Of a stretch of 64,000 nucleotides of DNA, positions 37,763 through 47,642 are shown one piece after another (within the stretch, counting starts at the first letter, position 1; each line of letters opens with the position of its first letter). This stretch comes from Rubripirellula sp. Lineage in GTDB: Bacteria; Planctomycetota; Planctomycetia; Pirellulales; Pirellulaceae. The notes under the pieces are model-generated. The model worked only from the letters and a program-made list of their open reading frames with translations, had not been told where the DNA came from and ran no database searches. The position numbers and the translations under genes were made by a program. The stretch covers positions 4,928,001 to 4,992,000 of the forward strand of contig OZ244207.1 of assembly GCA_965216875.1 (NCBI GenBank), written 5' to 3'.

Positions 37763-38815
37763 TCATTCGCCGTCCACCGAAACGCCAGCTTTGGCTGCAC
37801 GTTTTTTCCAGCGATCACGCGCAAACTCTTGCAGGTCGACTTGCAGGTCTTGCTCGTCAACGATTTCGAGTCCTAGCAGTGTTTCGACAACATCCTCGAG
37901 TGTCACGACGCCAACAACGCTGCCGTATTGATCGTTCACCACTGCGATATGTGTCCGGTCCTGCAAGAGCTGTTCGGAAAGCTTAGGAAGTTTCCAGTCC
38001 GCGCCCACTATCAACACTTGGCGACGAAAATCGGCGAGCGTGCGATCGTTTTCGCCACGAGCATGGGCAAGCAAGAGTTCATCCTTGAGCACAAAGCCCG
38101 TGGTGTCATCGAGTTTGCCGTTGTAAACCGGCAACCGCGAAAGTGGAATCACGTCGTGCTCGGCAAACAATTCGCCAACCGTTTTCGATTCGTCAAACGC
38201 CATTGTCACGACGCGCGGCGTCATGATGTCCTTGACACTCAATTCTGGGAATCGGATCAGGGCGTTGAAGATCCCCAATTCGCCTTCATCCAGCGCACCC
38301 TGTTTCGCGCCGATCGCAACGGTCGCGGCGAGCTCCTCGCGTGAAAGCGAATGATGCGACTTGCCGCCAGACAAGATCCGTGTCAGTCGTTCGCTGAACC
38401 ATACCAACGGGTACAACAACAGAATCAACCACTCGACCGTCGTTCCGATCATCGGTCCAAGACGTCGCCAATAGAGGGCACCAATTGTCTTGGGAATGAT
38501 CTCGCTGAAAACCAAAATCAAAAGCGTCAGCACACCACTGACCACTCCCAAGTGGACGCTCTCAAGTGCGATTTTCGCTTGCGCCCCCACGCCAGCAGCA
38601 CCGACGGTGTGAGCGATCGTGTTCAAGCTCAAGATCGCGGCAAGCGGCCGGTCGATGTTGCTTTTGAGTCGGTCGAGTTTGTCAGCAGCAGCGGGTCGTT
38701 TGTCGCGTAGCGTGGCGATAAACGAAGGCGTGATCGACAGCAGCACCGCTTCAGCAATCGAACAATAGAACGAAAAGCCAATAGCGACACAAAGGTAGAC
38801 GATCAACAGAACCAT
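37763..38815 (-). CDS. CNNM (DUF21)/CBS-pair protein, CorB/hemolysin-like
   Basis: SIAEAVLLS, SEIIPK, DIMTPR, SRLPVY, GVVTLEDVVE. Confidence 0.93.
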   Translation of the reverse strand: MVLLIVYLCVAIGFSFYCSIAEAVLLSITPSFIATLRDKRPAAADKLDRLKSNIDRPLAAILSLNTIAHTVGAAGVGAQAKIALESVHLGVVSGVLTLLILVFSEIIPKTIGALYWRRLGPMIGTTVEWLILLLYPLVWFSERLTRILSGGKSHHSLSREELAATVAIGAKQGALDEGELGIFNALIRFPELSVKDIMTPRVVTMAFDESKTVGELFAEHDVIPLSRLPVYNGKLDDTTGFVLKDELLLAHARGENDRTLADFRRQVLIVGADWKLPKLSEQLLQDRTHIAVVNDQYGSVVGVVTLEDVVETLLGLEIVDEQDLQVDLQEFARDRWKKRAAKAGVSVDGE

Positions 38816-39018
38816 AATGTTTTTCCCTTACCACCACGATCTCGAGCCAGAGATTCGCCTCAAACACGCCGTCGGCAAATCCACTGGACGGGTGAGTGGA
38901 AATGATACTCGCAGCGGATCGAAAAGCACACGCCGCGTCAAACGCAAAAAGGCACGGACGAAGGAGGGGGATGCTCCTTCGTCCGTGCCGATGATTCTAC
39001 CTGCTAGACCGCTTCAGC

Positions 39019-39597
39019 TCACTGAGCTGGAATCGGTTGTGGCAAGTCGTCGGTCTTGATTTCGACCGGAGCAGGTGCCGCGTCGAGTTCGCGGTATTCC
39101 ATCGGTGCGCTGGTGTAGGGCGTTGCACCGTCGCAGCAACCCGCGTCGCAACCGGAATCGCAGCAACCCGAACCGCAACCCACTTTCTCGGCATTCCACG
39201 AGTACTTGCACTCAGGGCACTTGTACTTCTTGCTCTTGAGGACCTTGATCGTGCGAGTCTTTGCTCCGTTGTGCACGCAGTTGGTGCAGCCAGCGCCGTC
39301 GCAAGAGTCACAGCTGTCGCAGCAGCCACGAGCCTTTTTCTTTTGCCAAGGGAAGACAACGCGTGGAATGCAAATCACTTTGCACTCGATCTCGAAGCAC
39401 TTCTTCTCGACGTCGACCTGTTCGGCTTCCAGATTGCAGCAGTGGCCGCATGCGGGGCACAAGCCATCACAACCGGTTTGGTTGAGCAGTTTGAAATTCT
39501 TGCCACCTGCTTCGGCGGTGTTGGTCTGGAACACTTGACCGAGAGCAGCGACGACCAGTGCGGCCATCAGCACTCGCGAAATCGTTTTCATTGACAT
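39019..39597 (-). CDS. Secreted Cys-rich protein
   Basis: Signal peptide ending AEA, about 22 Cys in CxxC/CC clusters, AGGA RBS. Confidence 0.8.
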   Translation of the reverse strand: MSMKTISRVLMAALVVAALGQVFQTNTAEAGGKNFKLLNQTGCDGLCPACGHCCNLEAEQVDVEKKCFEIECKVICIPRVVFPWQKKKARGCCDSCDSCDGAGCTNCVHNGAKTRTIKVLKSKKYKCPECKYSWNAEKVGCGSGCCDSGCDAGCCDGATPYTSAPMEYRELDAAPAPVEIKTDDLPQPIPAQ

Positions 39598-39773
39598 GGG
39601 AAACTTCCTTGTAGTTGCCGGCCCCAACTGCAAGGTTCGAAAACCGAATTCTCCAATTCGATGTATCGACCGTTGGGACCAGCCAAAATGATTTGCTTAC
39701 ACTCAATAACAGTCTGTTGAACGCGAGCCGAACCGTTTGCCGAGTCGACTCGCGTCGCATTGAACACATCGGC

Positions 39774-41282
39774 TTAGAAGTCGATCATGGCTCGCAAGCC
39801 ATAGATGTTGTAGTTACCCGATTCGATGCCGGCACCGGCATCGCGGTTTTCGATCTTGCCGGTGATGTAGTTGAACTGCATCCGAGCGTTTGCGGTCCAG
39901 TACCAGTTCGCCCCGAAGGTGAATGCTTCGCCTTCGCCACCAAAGATGTCCTTGTTGCTGTAGTCGGCCTTTGAGTAGCGGCCAGCAATCTGCCATGCAC
40001 CCCAGCCACCGCCGCGGCAACCGTTGCACATGTCAACCAAGAAGAAGTTCTGGAATGGCACGGGACGACCGAGCGTACCGCTCTTGCGGCTCCATGGCAT
40101 GTGTTCGCCGGTCAGGAAGTAGCTGAGGTAGACGTAACCACCATCGAAGCGAGTCGTTGGAAGTGCTTCGCGGTTGACCCAAACGCTTTGGTACTCAGCC
40201 ACAACTTGGACTGCACCGACGTTCACAACACCTTCCAAGCCAATCAAGTCTTGGTAGTCAGCACCTGCGATGCGTCCGGTGTCGATCCAGCGATTGCTCG
40301 AACGACCTTCTGGACGCGTTCGGTAACGAGCTTCGTTGCCGTTTTGCGTACGCTCGGTTGCATCAGCGTGGCTGCCGGAGATCGCCCAGTGAGCGTATCC
40401 GCGACCGCCAGAGATGTCGTCGTACCAAATGGTGTTTGCCAAACGACCGGTGACTTCCAGTTGAAGGTGGTCGTCGATGTAGTTACCAAGCGATTGAACA
40501 TTGCGTTGGTTGTAAACACCGTAACGCCAGTTCCAACGTTGGTCTTTCGAAACGCTATAGGCGGCGATACCGAGACGACGAGCATCTTGGTTGTTCGCTT
40601 CGATCACGAACGGACGCTCGATGAAAACGTTGTATCGTGAACTGTTCAGGTGGTCCAAACCATAAGGACGTTTTTGGTTACCGACCAGGATGGTTTGCAC
40701 CACGGGCAGGTCATTCCATCCCAACCAAACGTCACGAAACTCGCTGCGATTACCGCCAGCGAATTCCATTTCGATTCGGTATTCCATGTTGTCCTTGACC
40801 TTTCCGCGAACGCCAAAACGAACGCGGCGGAAGCCGAGGCGATTCTGTGGATCAAGCGGGTTTCCGCCTGAGTCCTGGTTGAACCGAGAAATGCTCGGAT
40901 CGTTGCCAGTGTCAAATCCCCACGCGTCAGCGTGAACACGACCGACGATCTTCATCGTCGACTTGCTCGTTCCGCTCTTAACGATCGTGGGATCGCTGGC
41001 CTTTTCAGAAACCTTGTCCAGCGAGGTTTCGAAGCTATCCAGTTTGTCGTGGAAACTGGCGAACTTCTCCTCGATGGAAAGTTCCTTTTCCCCTTCCGCC
41101 AAAGCGTTGAAGGAAACTTGTTGGATCTCGCTGTCAGTCTCTACGGTCGATGGAAGACGCAGAGCGCGAAGCAGGGCTGGATCTTCGGCGGCTTGGGTGA
41201 CAGAAAGGTTAGTGAAGGTCGTCGCGGCAATACCGAGCGCGACCAGCAAGGCGCGCCGCGCCTTCTGCGTGATGCGAGTCAT
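39774..41282 (-). CDS. Phosphate-selective porin OprO/OprP family
   Basis: GFRRVRFG, GNQKRPYGLD..SS...FIER, YFLTGE, GAWQIAGRYS, GANWYW, terminal Phe. Confidence 0.92.
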   Translation of the reverse strand: MTRITQKARRALLVALGIAATTFTNLSVTQAAEDPALLRALRLPSTVETDSEIQQVSFNALAEGEKELSIEEKFASFHDKLDSFETSLDKVSEKASDPTIVKSGTSKSTMKIVGRVHADAWGFDTGNDPSISRFNQDSGGNPLDPQNRLGFRRVRFGVRGKVKDNMEYRIEMEFAGGNRSEFRDVWLGWNDLPVVQTILVGNQKRPYGLDHLNSSRYNVFIERPFVIEANNQDARRLGIAAYSVSKDQRWNWRYGVYNQRNVQSLGNYIDDHLQLEVTGRLANTIWYDDISGGRGYAHWAISGSHADATERTQNGNEARYRTRPEGRSSNRWIDTGRIAGADYQDLIGLEGVVNVGAVQVVAEYQSVWVNREALPTTRFDGGYVYLSYFLTGEHMPWSRKSGTLGRPVPFQNFFLVDMCNGCRGGGWGAWQIAGRYSKADYSNKDIFGGEGEAFTFGANWYWTANARMQFNYITGKIENRDAGAGIESGNYNIYGLRAMIDF

Positions 41283-41643
41283 GAGAAATCTTCCGTGATC
41301 TCTATGGAATATTTCGATTCCGACCAAGCGAGGGTCGGAGTCGGGCCTCTTGCCCAACATTAAGATGAGGAGAAATCATCCGCCTCGTAAGCACGTTTCG
41401 GAACGCTTGGCAAACGAATCTCATTAAGATTCCTTCATCAAAGGGCATGCCGCAGTGAGCCACCCGGCATAACCGGATCAACCATCGTTACGCGCAATCC
41501 GCGGACATGATGGTAGGAGCAACCGATACAACCCCTACCATCGGATCTGTCACAGTGTGCCCGAACAAGGGAACCTTGGCTAAGCTAGGGGCGAGAATTT
41601 TGAAGATTTGATTCATGCGTGGGCCCGCAAAAGGCGATAGCGA

Positions 41644-43074
41644 GTGCTCTTTAACAGCTACACCTTCCTGGCCTTCTACGCGATTGTCTTTGCGAGCTAC
41701 TTCGCGCTGCGCCGCTCGTTAAGGGCCCAGAACGGATTGCTGCTCATCGCCAGCTATGCGTTCTACAGTGCCTGGGACTATCGCTTCCTGGCTTTGATCC
41801 TTCTCTCGACAGTCGTCGATTTCGTCGTCGCTCGAAAGATTGAGCACCACCGGGACAAGGGTGGCGCCGCGAAAGGGCGCGGTCGCCGCTGGTTGATCCT
41901 CAGTCTGGTCGTCAACCTCGGCTCGCTGGCAATCTTCAAGTACCTGAACTTTGCGGTGGACTCGTTTTGTGCGTTGTCCGAGATGGTCGGCCTGCCTCTT
42001 TCGGTTACGGTGGGCAAGATCATCCTTCCGGTAGGCATCAGCTTCTTCACCTTCCAAACGCTCAGCTACACCATCGATGTCTACCGCGGTCGTGTCAAAG
42101 CGTGTCGCGACCCGTTGGCTTTCGCCGTCTACGTTGCGTTCTTTCCTCAATTGGTTGCCGGCCCGATTGAAAGGGCAACGCACTTTCTACCGCAAGTCCT
42201 CCGCTCGCGTTCGCTTCGCCGAGTCGATTTCGCGATCGGCACGCAATTCGTCCTCTATGGCTACTTTCTTAAAGTCGTCCTGGCCGACTCGATCGCCCCG
42301 CTCGTGGATCAATACTATGCCGACCCTGCGCGGTACGGAGGCTCGATTGCGTGGATTGCCAATTTAGGATTCGCGGTTCAAATCTACGGCGACTTTTGCG
42401 GCTACAGCCTGATTGCACGCGGCATCTCGCGATGGATGGGTTTTCGGTTAATGTCCAACTTCCGCCAACCGTACCTGGCGACCAGTCCCCGCGACTTCTG
42501 GACGCGTTGGCACCGTTCCCTTTCGCTTTGGTTACGGCGGTACCTCTACTTTGAACTGGGCGGCAGCCGACATGGTATGACCAGAACCGTTCGCAATTTA
42601 ATGATCACGATGGCCTTGGGCGGACTCTGGCACGGCGCCTCTTGGAACTTCGTGCTATGGGGAATCTTTCATGGGCTTTTGCTTGCCTGCGAACATTGGT
42701 GGATCGCCGCGAGGCCGTTTCGTACACAGTCGGCGGGACGGGCTTGGAAACCGCTTCAACGAGTTGCAACTTTCTCGATCATGATCATTGGATGGACGCT
42801 CTTTCGATGCGAGTCCACTGACGAACTGTCGACCGTGTTCACGTCGATGTTTGCCGGCCCCTTTGCGGACCATCGCGCGTTTGCCTTTCTTCAACCTGTC
42901 GCCGTGGCACTCGCCATCCTATTGGCAGTTGATGTTTGGAAAGAGACGAAATCGCATGAGCTCGTTTTCCTGCGTGCCCACCCAATGGTCCGCACCAGCC
43001 TGTACGTGTTCTTCGTGATCGCAGTGATGGCGGTCGGGTTTCGCCCCACCAGTTTTATCTATTTCCAGTTCTGA
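41644..43074 (+). CDS. MBOAT O-acyltransferase (AlgI/DltB family)
   Basis: MLFNS, LPVGISFFTFQ, FFPQLVAGPI, DFCGYS, FWTRWH, GLWHGA. Confidence 0.96.
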   Translation: MLFNSYTFLAFYAIVFASYFALRRSLRAQNGLLLIASYAFYSAWDYRFLALILLSTVVDFVVARKIEHHRDKGGAAKGRGRRWLILSLVVNLGSLAIFKYLNFAVDSFCALSEMVGLPLSVTVGKIILPVGISFFTFQTLSYTIDVYRGRVKACRDPLAFAVYVAFFPQLVAGPIERATHFLPQVLRSRSLRRVDFAIGTQFVLYGYFLKVVLADSIAPLVDQYYADPARYGGSIAWIANLGFAVQIYGDFCGYSLIARGISRWMGFRLMSNFRQPYLATSPRDFWTRWHRSLSLWLRRYLYFELGGSRHGMTRTVRNLMITMALGGLWHGASWNFVLWGIFHGLLLACEHWWIAARPFRTQSAGRAWKPLQRVATFSIMIIGWTLFRCESTDELSTVFTSMFAGPFADHRAFAFLQPVAVALAILLAVDVWKETKSHELVFLRAHPMVRTSLYVFFVIAVMAVGFRPTSFIYFQF

Positions 43075-43084
43075 GGATCTCGCT

Positions 43085-44149
43085 GTGAAACGAACGACAT
43101 CCTCGCCGGTCCGCTTGATCGCACAATTGGTTGCCGGCATTGTGATCGGATGCGTGTTGTGTGAAGGTCTATTGCGCGTGCTCGTGCCGCAAACGACCTA
43201 TTACTCAAGCTGGTTCACGCCGGGCGCCCATCAACTTGACCCCGAGTTGGGTTTCGCTTTTCGCCCAGGCTTTTCTGGCGACATGAGGAACGCCGACAAA
43301 GTCTGGCTCGAACCGATTCGGCTTGATGATCATGGCTTTCGCTTACCCGCCACCAACTTTGGCGTGGCTTCCGATGCGGATCAGGAGGACGTCAGCGATA
43401 TCATCATGTTGGGCGGCGCTTCGATGGCCTTCTGTTATGGCCTTTCTGACGCAGAAACGATTCATCATCAAGTCGCCGATCGCATCGCCGCCCCGGTTGA
43501 AATCTCGCTCGTTTCCTGGCCTGGCTTCACACTTGCTCAAGACATCCAGAAACTGCGTCGCCTAGACAGCATCAAGCCAGGCACGCTTGCAGTGGTGTTT
43601 GCCTATGGCGTGGAGGACTACGCCCCGGTCGATCAACGCAATGATCCGCCACGCGAGATTCGGCTCGTTCGCTCCGTTGCGATGCCCAACGATCCGGCGG
43701 CGTCCTGGGGCGGATCGCTGTATTATGAAAGCTACGTCGTCGCCGGGGTCTGTCGAACGATGGACGTGGTGTCTCAAATCATCAACCGATTGACCAGTCG
43801 GTTCAGCAGAGAAGCGGTCGCAGCCGACGCCGCGGAACCGAATTCGGCACCACTCGAAAACAGAGGACGCCGCCAGATTGACTTTGCCGTCGACCAGCTA
43901 GCCGGCATGGGCCTCGAGAACGTGGTCGTTGTAGCGCTCCCGCACCAATCGCAGTGGGTTGGTCCCGAAACGTTGACGGTTGACGGCGCCCGCGTCATCG
44001 ACCTGCGAGCCCTGCCACAATCACAAGCATTCGACTGGATCGCCTTTGGCCACTACGGACGACGATCGGCCGAGCACGTTGCCGAGCCCATTGCCGCCCA
44101 AATTGCCGAAGTCATTGGCGATGGCAGCGTTCGGGGCGCGTCGGAGTGA
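43085..44149 (+). CDS. SGNH-like partner of MBOAT (membrane-anchored)
   Basis: TM 'LCEGLLR', DPELG, GFR, block-I-like LGGASMAF, C-terminal FGHY. Confidence 0.6.
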   Translation: MKRTTSSPVRLIAQLVAGIVIGCVLCEGLLRVLVPQTTYYSSWFTPGAHQLDPELGFAFRPGFSGDMRNADKVWLEPIRLDDHGFRLPATNFGVASDADQEDVSDIIMLGGASMAFCYGLSDAETIHHQVADRIAAPVEISLVSWPGFTLAQDIQKLRRLDSIKPGTLAVVFAYGVEDYAPVDQRNDPPREIRLVRSVAMPNDPAASWGGSLYYESYVVAGVCRTMDVVSQIINRLTSRFSREAVAADAAEPNSAPLENRGRRQIDFAVDQLAGMGLENVVVVALPHQSQWVGPETLTVDGARVIDLRALPQSQAFDWIAFGHYGRRSAEHVAEPIAAQIAEVIGDGSVRGASE

Positions 44150-44402
44150 GCGTTTTGGCGCGCTCATGCGACCGTTAAAGAGTTCCGCGCCGCGCACTTC
44201 CGCACACTCGCGGCGATGGACACCCTGAAATCCCGTCGAAGTCCCGTTTGGAACGCCGCTTGCTCTCTACGTCCTCCGTTGGCCGCCGTGAATGGACCAC
44301 GACGTGAGTCGACGACGCTAGCCGCGAGCCACTGGAGAAACGGCTGCACCCTGTTTTTGTTTGCTTGGGGCTGGCGTCGTCGTCTCACTCACCTGTACAT
44401 CG

Positions 44403-44552
44403 GGTGTGTGCTTGCACGCAACGCGGTCCCGCAACAATGCCGGATCCGTGTCGCTGTCGCTCCTTGATCCGGCCTACAGACATCGTAGGGTGTTTGCTTG
44501 CACGCACCACATGCTTCTTCATCACCGGTGCGTGCAAGCACACACCCTACGA
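44403..44552. repeat. Composite of GTAG-type REP elements (second family)
   Basis: 26-bp inverted pair TCGTAGGGTGT(T/G)TGCTTGCACGCACC at 44483-44508 / 44527-44552, an extra arm at 44403, and GCCGGATC..GATCCGGCCTAC at 44440-44477. Confidence 0.8.
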
Positions 44553-44581
44553 ACGAAGAACACTCTCAAAGGGGTCCAACG

Positions 44582-45064
44582 ATGATCTCGACGCTGCCAA
44601 CTTCTGACCTCCAGGTACAAGATGTGATGACGCGCAACATCGTACGTGTTGCGCCATCGACCACCGTCGGGGAGGCCTTGAACCTGATGTTCGAGGCGAA
44701 GGTTTCGGCCTTGCCCGTTGTCGACGAAGGCGACCGCTGCTTTGGAATCGTCACCGCAACCGATTTGGTGGACCTGTTGAGGTCGACCGAACAAGCTCTC
44801 AAAAGCGACTTGCTTCACAACGACGATGCTCGTCAGGCGATCGAGGTTGTCCAACAGAAGTTTGACACTTCGCCAATTCGAGAAATCATGACGGAGTTGA
44901 TCGTGACCGTTGCCCCGGACGTCAGCCTCCAACGCGCCGCGAAAACGATGACGACAGAAAACGTGCATCACTTGCCCGTACTGGCCGATCGAAAACTCGT
45001 CGGTTTTCTTTCCTCGGCTGACATCGTGCGCGCGGTAGCATCAAATGAACCCAATTCACCGTAG
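44582..45064 (+). CDS. CBS-pair domain protein
   Basis: VQDVMT, SALPVVD, GIVTATDL, IREIMT, HHLPV, GFLSSADI. Confidence 0.92.
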   Translation: MISTLPTSDLQVQDVMTRNIVRVAPSTTVGEALNLMFEAKVSALPVVDEGDRCFGIVTATDLVDLLRSTEQALKSDLLHNDDARQAIEVVQQKFDTSPIREIMTELIVTVAPDVSLQRAAKTMTTENVHHLPVLADRKLVGFLSSADIVRAVASNEPNSP

Positions 45065-45110
45065 CGATGCTCGCCAGAGCGTTGTTTCGCGTCAGGCAAG
45101 TTTCGATAGA

Positions 45111-45172
45111 GTCGCTTTCTGCTCCGCAAAAGTTGCGTTTGCCGGCGCCACTTTCGCGGAGCGATAGGCGAC
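45111..45172. repeat. Palindromic dispersed repeat (copy 2)
   Basis: GTCGCTTTCTGCTCCGCAAAAG...CTTTCGCGGAGCGATAGGCGAC. Confidence 0.85.
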
Positions 45173-45577
45173 TAAGTGCGAATAGCGCGAACCGGACTCG
45201 GTCACTGCGCATCCTTGTCTTCTGCTTCGCGCGAATCCGACGGAGTGTCTTGCAGGTGGTGGAATAGTTAACGCCCCCGCCCAAATTGACCAGAGGCACC
45301 CCACACCAAGACCCTCAAATGAGCGGTTTTCTTCGGAAGCGAGCCACTTTTTAATCGTTTGGATGCGAGAAGGTGCAGCGAGGAAAAGTTTGCAATTCGC
45401 AATCTTTTCTTAGCCGTGTTTTTGAGACCTTCTATAATCGAACTTGGGTAAAACTTCTTTCCAGGCTGAGCGATCGTCACGTCTATGCCAGGTTAGGCAA
45501 GCGACTGCACCAATGATTTTCGGCTGGGCAAAGAAGCCCCGTGCGAGCGAACGAAACGCAAACATTGGGCGAGAGCG

Positions 45578-47527
45578 ATGACTGGTAACCAACACGACAT
45601 TCTGCAGCTCTACAGCGAAATCTATGAAAAAGATAAGCAGGTCACCTACTCTTTAAAGGAGTACCTGCAAGCTGCGAGCAACGACCCGAACCTTTACGCT
45701 TCGACTGCCGAGCGTATGGTTCAAGCGATCGGCGAACCCGAGTTCATCGACACGTCGAACGATTCGCGCCTCGGTCGTATCTTCATGAATCGCACGATCA
45801 AGACGTACCGTGCCTTTGAAGATTTCTATGGTCTCGAAGAAACCATCGAACGGATCGTTGGTTTTTTTCGTCACGCTGCGCAAGGGCTCGAGGAACGCAA
45901 GCAGATCCTCTATTTGCTGGGGCCCGTTGGTGGCGGGAAGAGTTCGCTCGCTGATGCGTTGAAGACGCTGATTCAACATCGCCCCGTCTACGTCCTTGCC
46001 GCTGGCGATGAAGTCTCGCCGATCTATGAAAGCCCACTCGGGCTCTTCAATCCCGACAGTATGGGAATGATGCTCGAGGAAGAGTACGGCATTCCGCGAC
46101 GACGTCTTCCCGGATACATGTCGCCATGGGCGATCAAACGTCTTGACGAATTTGGCGGCGACATTTCAAAGTTCTCGGTCGTTCGCGTCGTGCCCTCGGA
46201 ACAACGTCGCGTGTGCGTCGCAAAAACCGAACCGGGTGACGAAAACAATCAAGACATCTCCTCGCTGGTCGGCAAAGTCGACATTCGAAAACTGGAGCAC
46301 TTTGGACAAGACGACGCCGATGCCTATTCCTACAGCGGCGGTCTCAATCGAACCACGCAAGGTTTGCTCGAATTCGTCGAGATGTTCAAAGCCCCGCTAA
46401 AAATGTTGCACCCGCTTTTAACGGCAACCCAAGACGGCACCTACGTCGGCACCGAGAATGTGGGGGCGATGCCCTACCAAGGGATCATTGTTGCCCACTC
46501 GAATGAATCGGAATGGGAATCTTTTAAGGCCAACCGCAACAATGAAGCCTTCCTTGATCGCATCTGCGTGGTGAAGGTTCCCTATTGCTTGCGTGTCACC
46601 GAAGAAAAGCAGATCTACGACAAACTGATCCTGAACTCGGAACTGGGCGCCGCGCCGTGCGCGCCAGACACACTTGAAATGATGTCGCGTTTCACCGTCC
46701 TGACGCGAATGAAGGATCACGAAAACTCGAGTCTCTATTCCAAGATGCGAGTTTATGACGGCGAGTCGCTCAAAGACACCGACCCGCACGCGCGTACGGT
46801 CCAAGAATACCGCGACGCCGCCGGGGTGACCGAAGGCATGGATGGCATGTCAACTCGTTTCGCCTACAAGATCCTGTCAGAAACGTTCAACTTTGACACG
46901 CGAGAAGTTGCTGCGGACCCTGTGCACCTGATGTACGTGCTTGAAAAGGCAATTCGACGCGAGCAGCTTCCCGAAGAAACGGAACAGCGGTACCTGGAAT
47001 TCGTCAAAGAGGAGCTTGCCACGCGTTACGCCGAGTTCATCGGCAACGAGATTCGCAAAGCCTATCTCGAATCGTATCACAGCTACGGCCAAAACCTCTT
47101 CGATCGCTACATCGCCTACGCGGATGCTTGGATCGATGACCAAGACTACAAAGACCCCGACACCGGCCAGTTGATGGATCGCGACATCCTCAATGAAGAG
47201 CTGGAGAAAATTGAACATCCAGCGGGAATCTCGAACGCGAAAGACTTCCGCTACGAAGTCGTCAAATTTGCCCTGCGAGCACGTGCAAAGAACGAAGGGA
47301 AGAACCCCGAATGGACTTCGTATGAAAAGATCCGTGATGTGATCGAAAAACGAATGTTCGGTCAAATCGAAGAACTGCTTCCGGTCATTAGCTTTGACGC
47401 CAAAAAAGATAGCGAGGCCGAACAGAAACACACCGAGTTTGTACAGCGCATGACGCAACGTGGTTACACCAAACGGCAAGTCCGACGCCTGGTCGATTGG
47501 TATATGCGCGTCAGCAAATCAAGTTGA
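45578..47527 (+). CDS. prkA: PrkA/YeaG family serine protein kinase (AAA+)
   Basis: LEERKQILYLLGPVGGGKSS, TEPGDENNQDIS, EFVEMFKAP, AHSNESEW. Confidence 0.97.
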   Translation: MTGNQHDILQLYSEIYEKDKQVTYSLKEYLQAASNDPNLYASTAERMVQAIGEPEFIDTSNDSRLGRIFMNRTIKTYRAFEDFYGLEETIERIVGFFRHAAQGLEERKQILYLLGPVGGGKSSLADALKTLIQHRPVYVLAAGDEVSPIYESPLGLFNPDSMGMMLEEEYGIPRRRLPGYMSPWAIKRLDEFGGDISKFSVVRVVPSEQRRVCVAKTEPGDENNQDISSLVGKVDIRKLEHFGQDDADAYSYSGGLNRTTQGLLEFVEMFKAPLKMLHPLLTATQDGTYVGTENVGAMPYQGIIVAHSNESEWESFKANRNNEAFLDRICVVKVPYCLRVTEEKQIYDKLILNSELGAAPCAPDTLEMMSRFTVLTRMKDHENSSLYSKMRVYDGESLKDTDPHARTVQEYRDAAGVTEGMDGMSTRFAYKILSETFNFDTREVAADPVHLMYVLEKAIRREQLPEETEQRYLEFVKEELATRYAEFIGNEIRKAYLESYHSYGQNLFDRYIAYADAWIDDQDYKDPDTGQLMDRDILNEELEKIEHPAGISNAKDFRYEVVKFALRARAKNEGKNPEWTSYEKIRDVIEKRMFGQIEELLPVISFDAKKDSEAEQKHTEFVQRMTQRGYTKRQVRRLVDWYMRVSKSS

Positions 47528-47532
47528 CCCCG

Positions 47533-47596
47533 CCCGCCGGCGAATTCAGTGCCGCCCGCCAGCGGATTCAGTGCCCCCGCCAGCGGATTCAGTGCT
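47533..47596 (+). repeat. Three tandem 21-22 bp repeats CCCGCCAGCGGATTCAGTGC
   Basis: Directly visible between prkA and yeaH. Confidence 0.8.
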
Positions 47597-47642
47597 GATG
47601 TGCAGCCCGTCATCACGGCCACGCAACCAATCGAGATTCGCA

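Noticed and set aside
41358..41432. Pho-box-like CATTAAGAT direct repeats upstream of the OprO/P porin
   Set aside because: The two copies are about 63 bp apart rather than 11, and do not match a consensus I can support.
45492..45510. Sigma-54 promoter for prkA (TAGGCAAGCGACTGC)
   Set aside because: GG-to-GC spacing is 9 nt rather than the required 10.
47460..47642. N-terminal extension of YeaH containing PPADSV repeats
   Set aside because: It overlaps the prkA end and an intergenic tandem repeat. The family-typical start is MHVIDRR at 47643.
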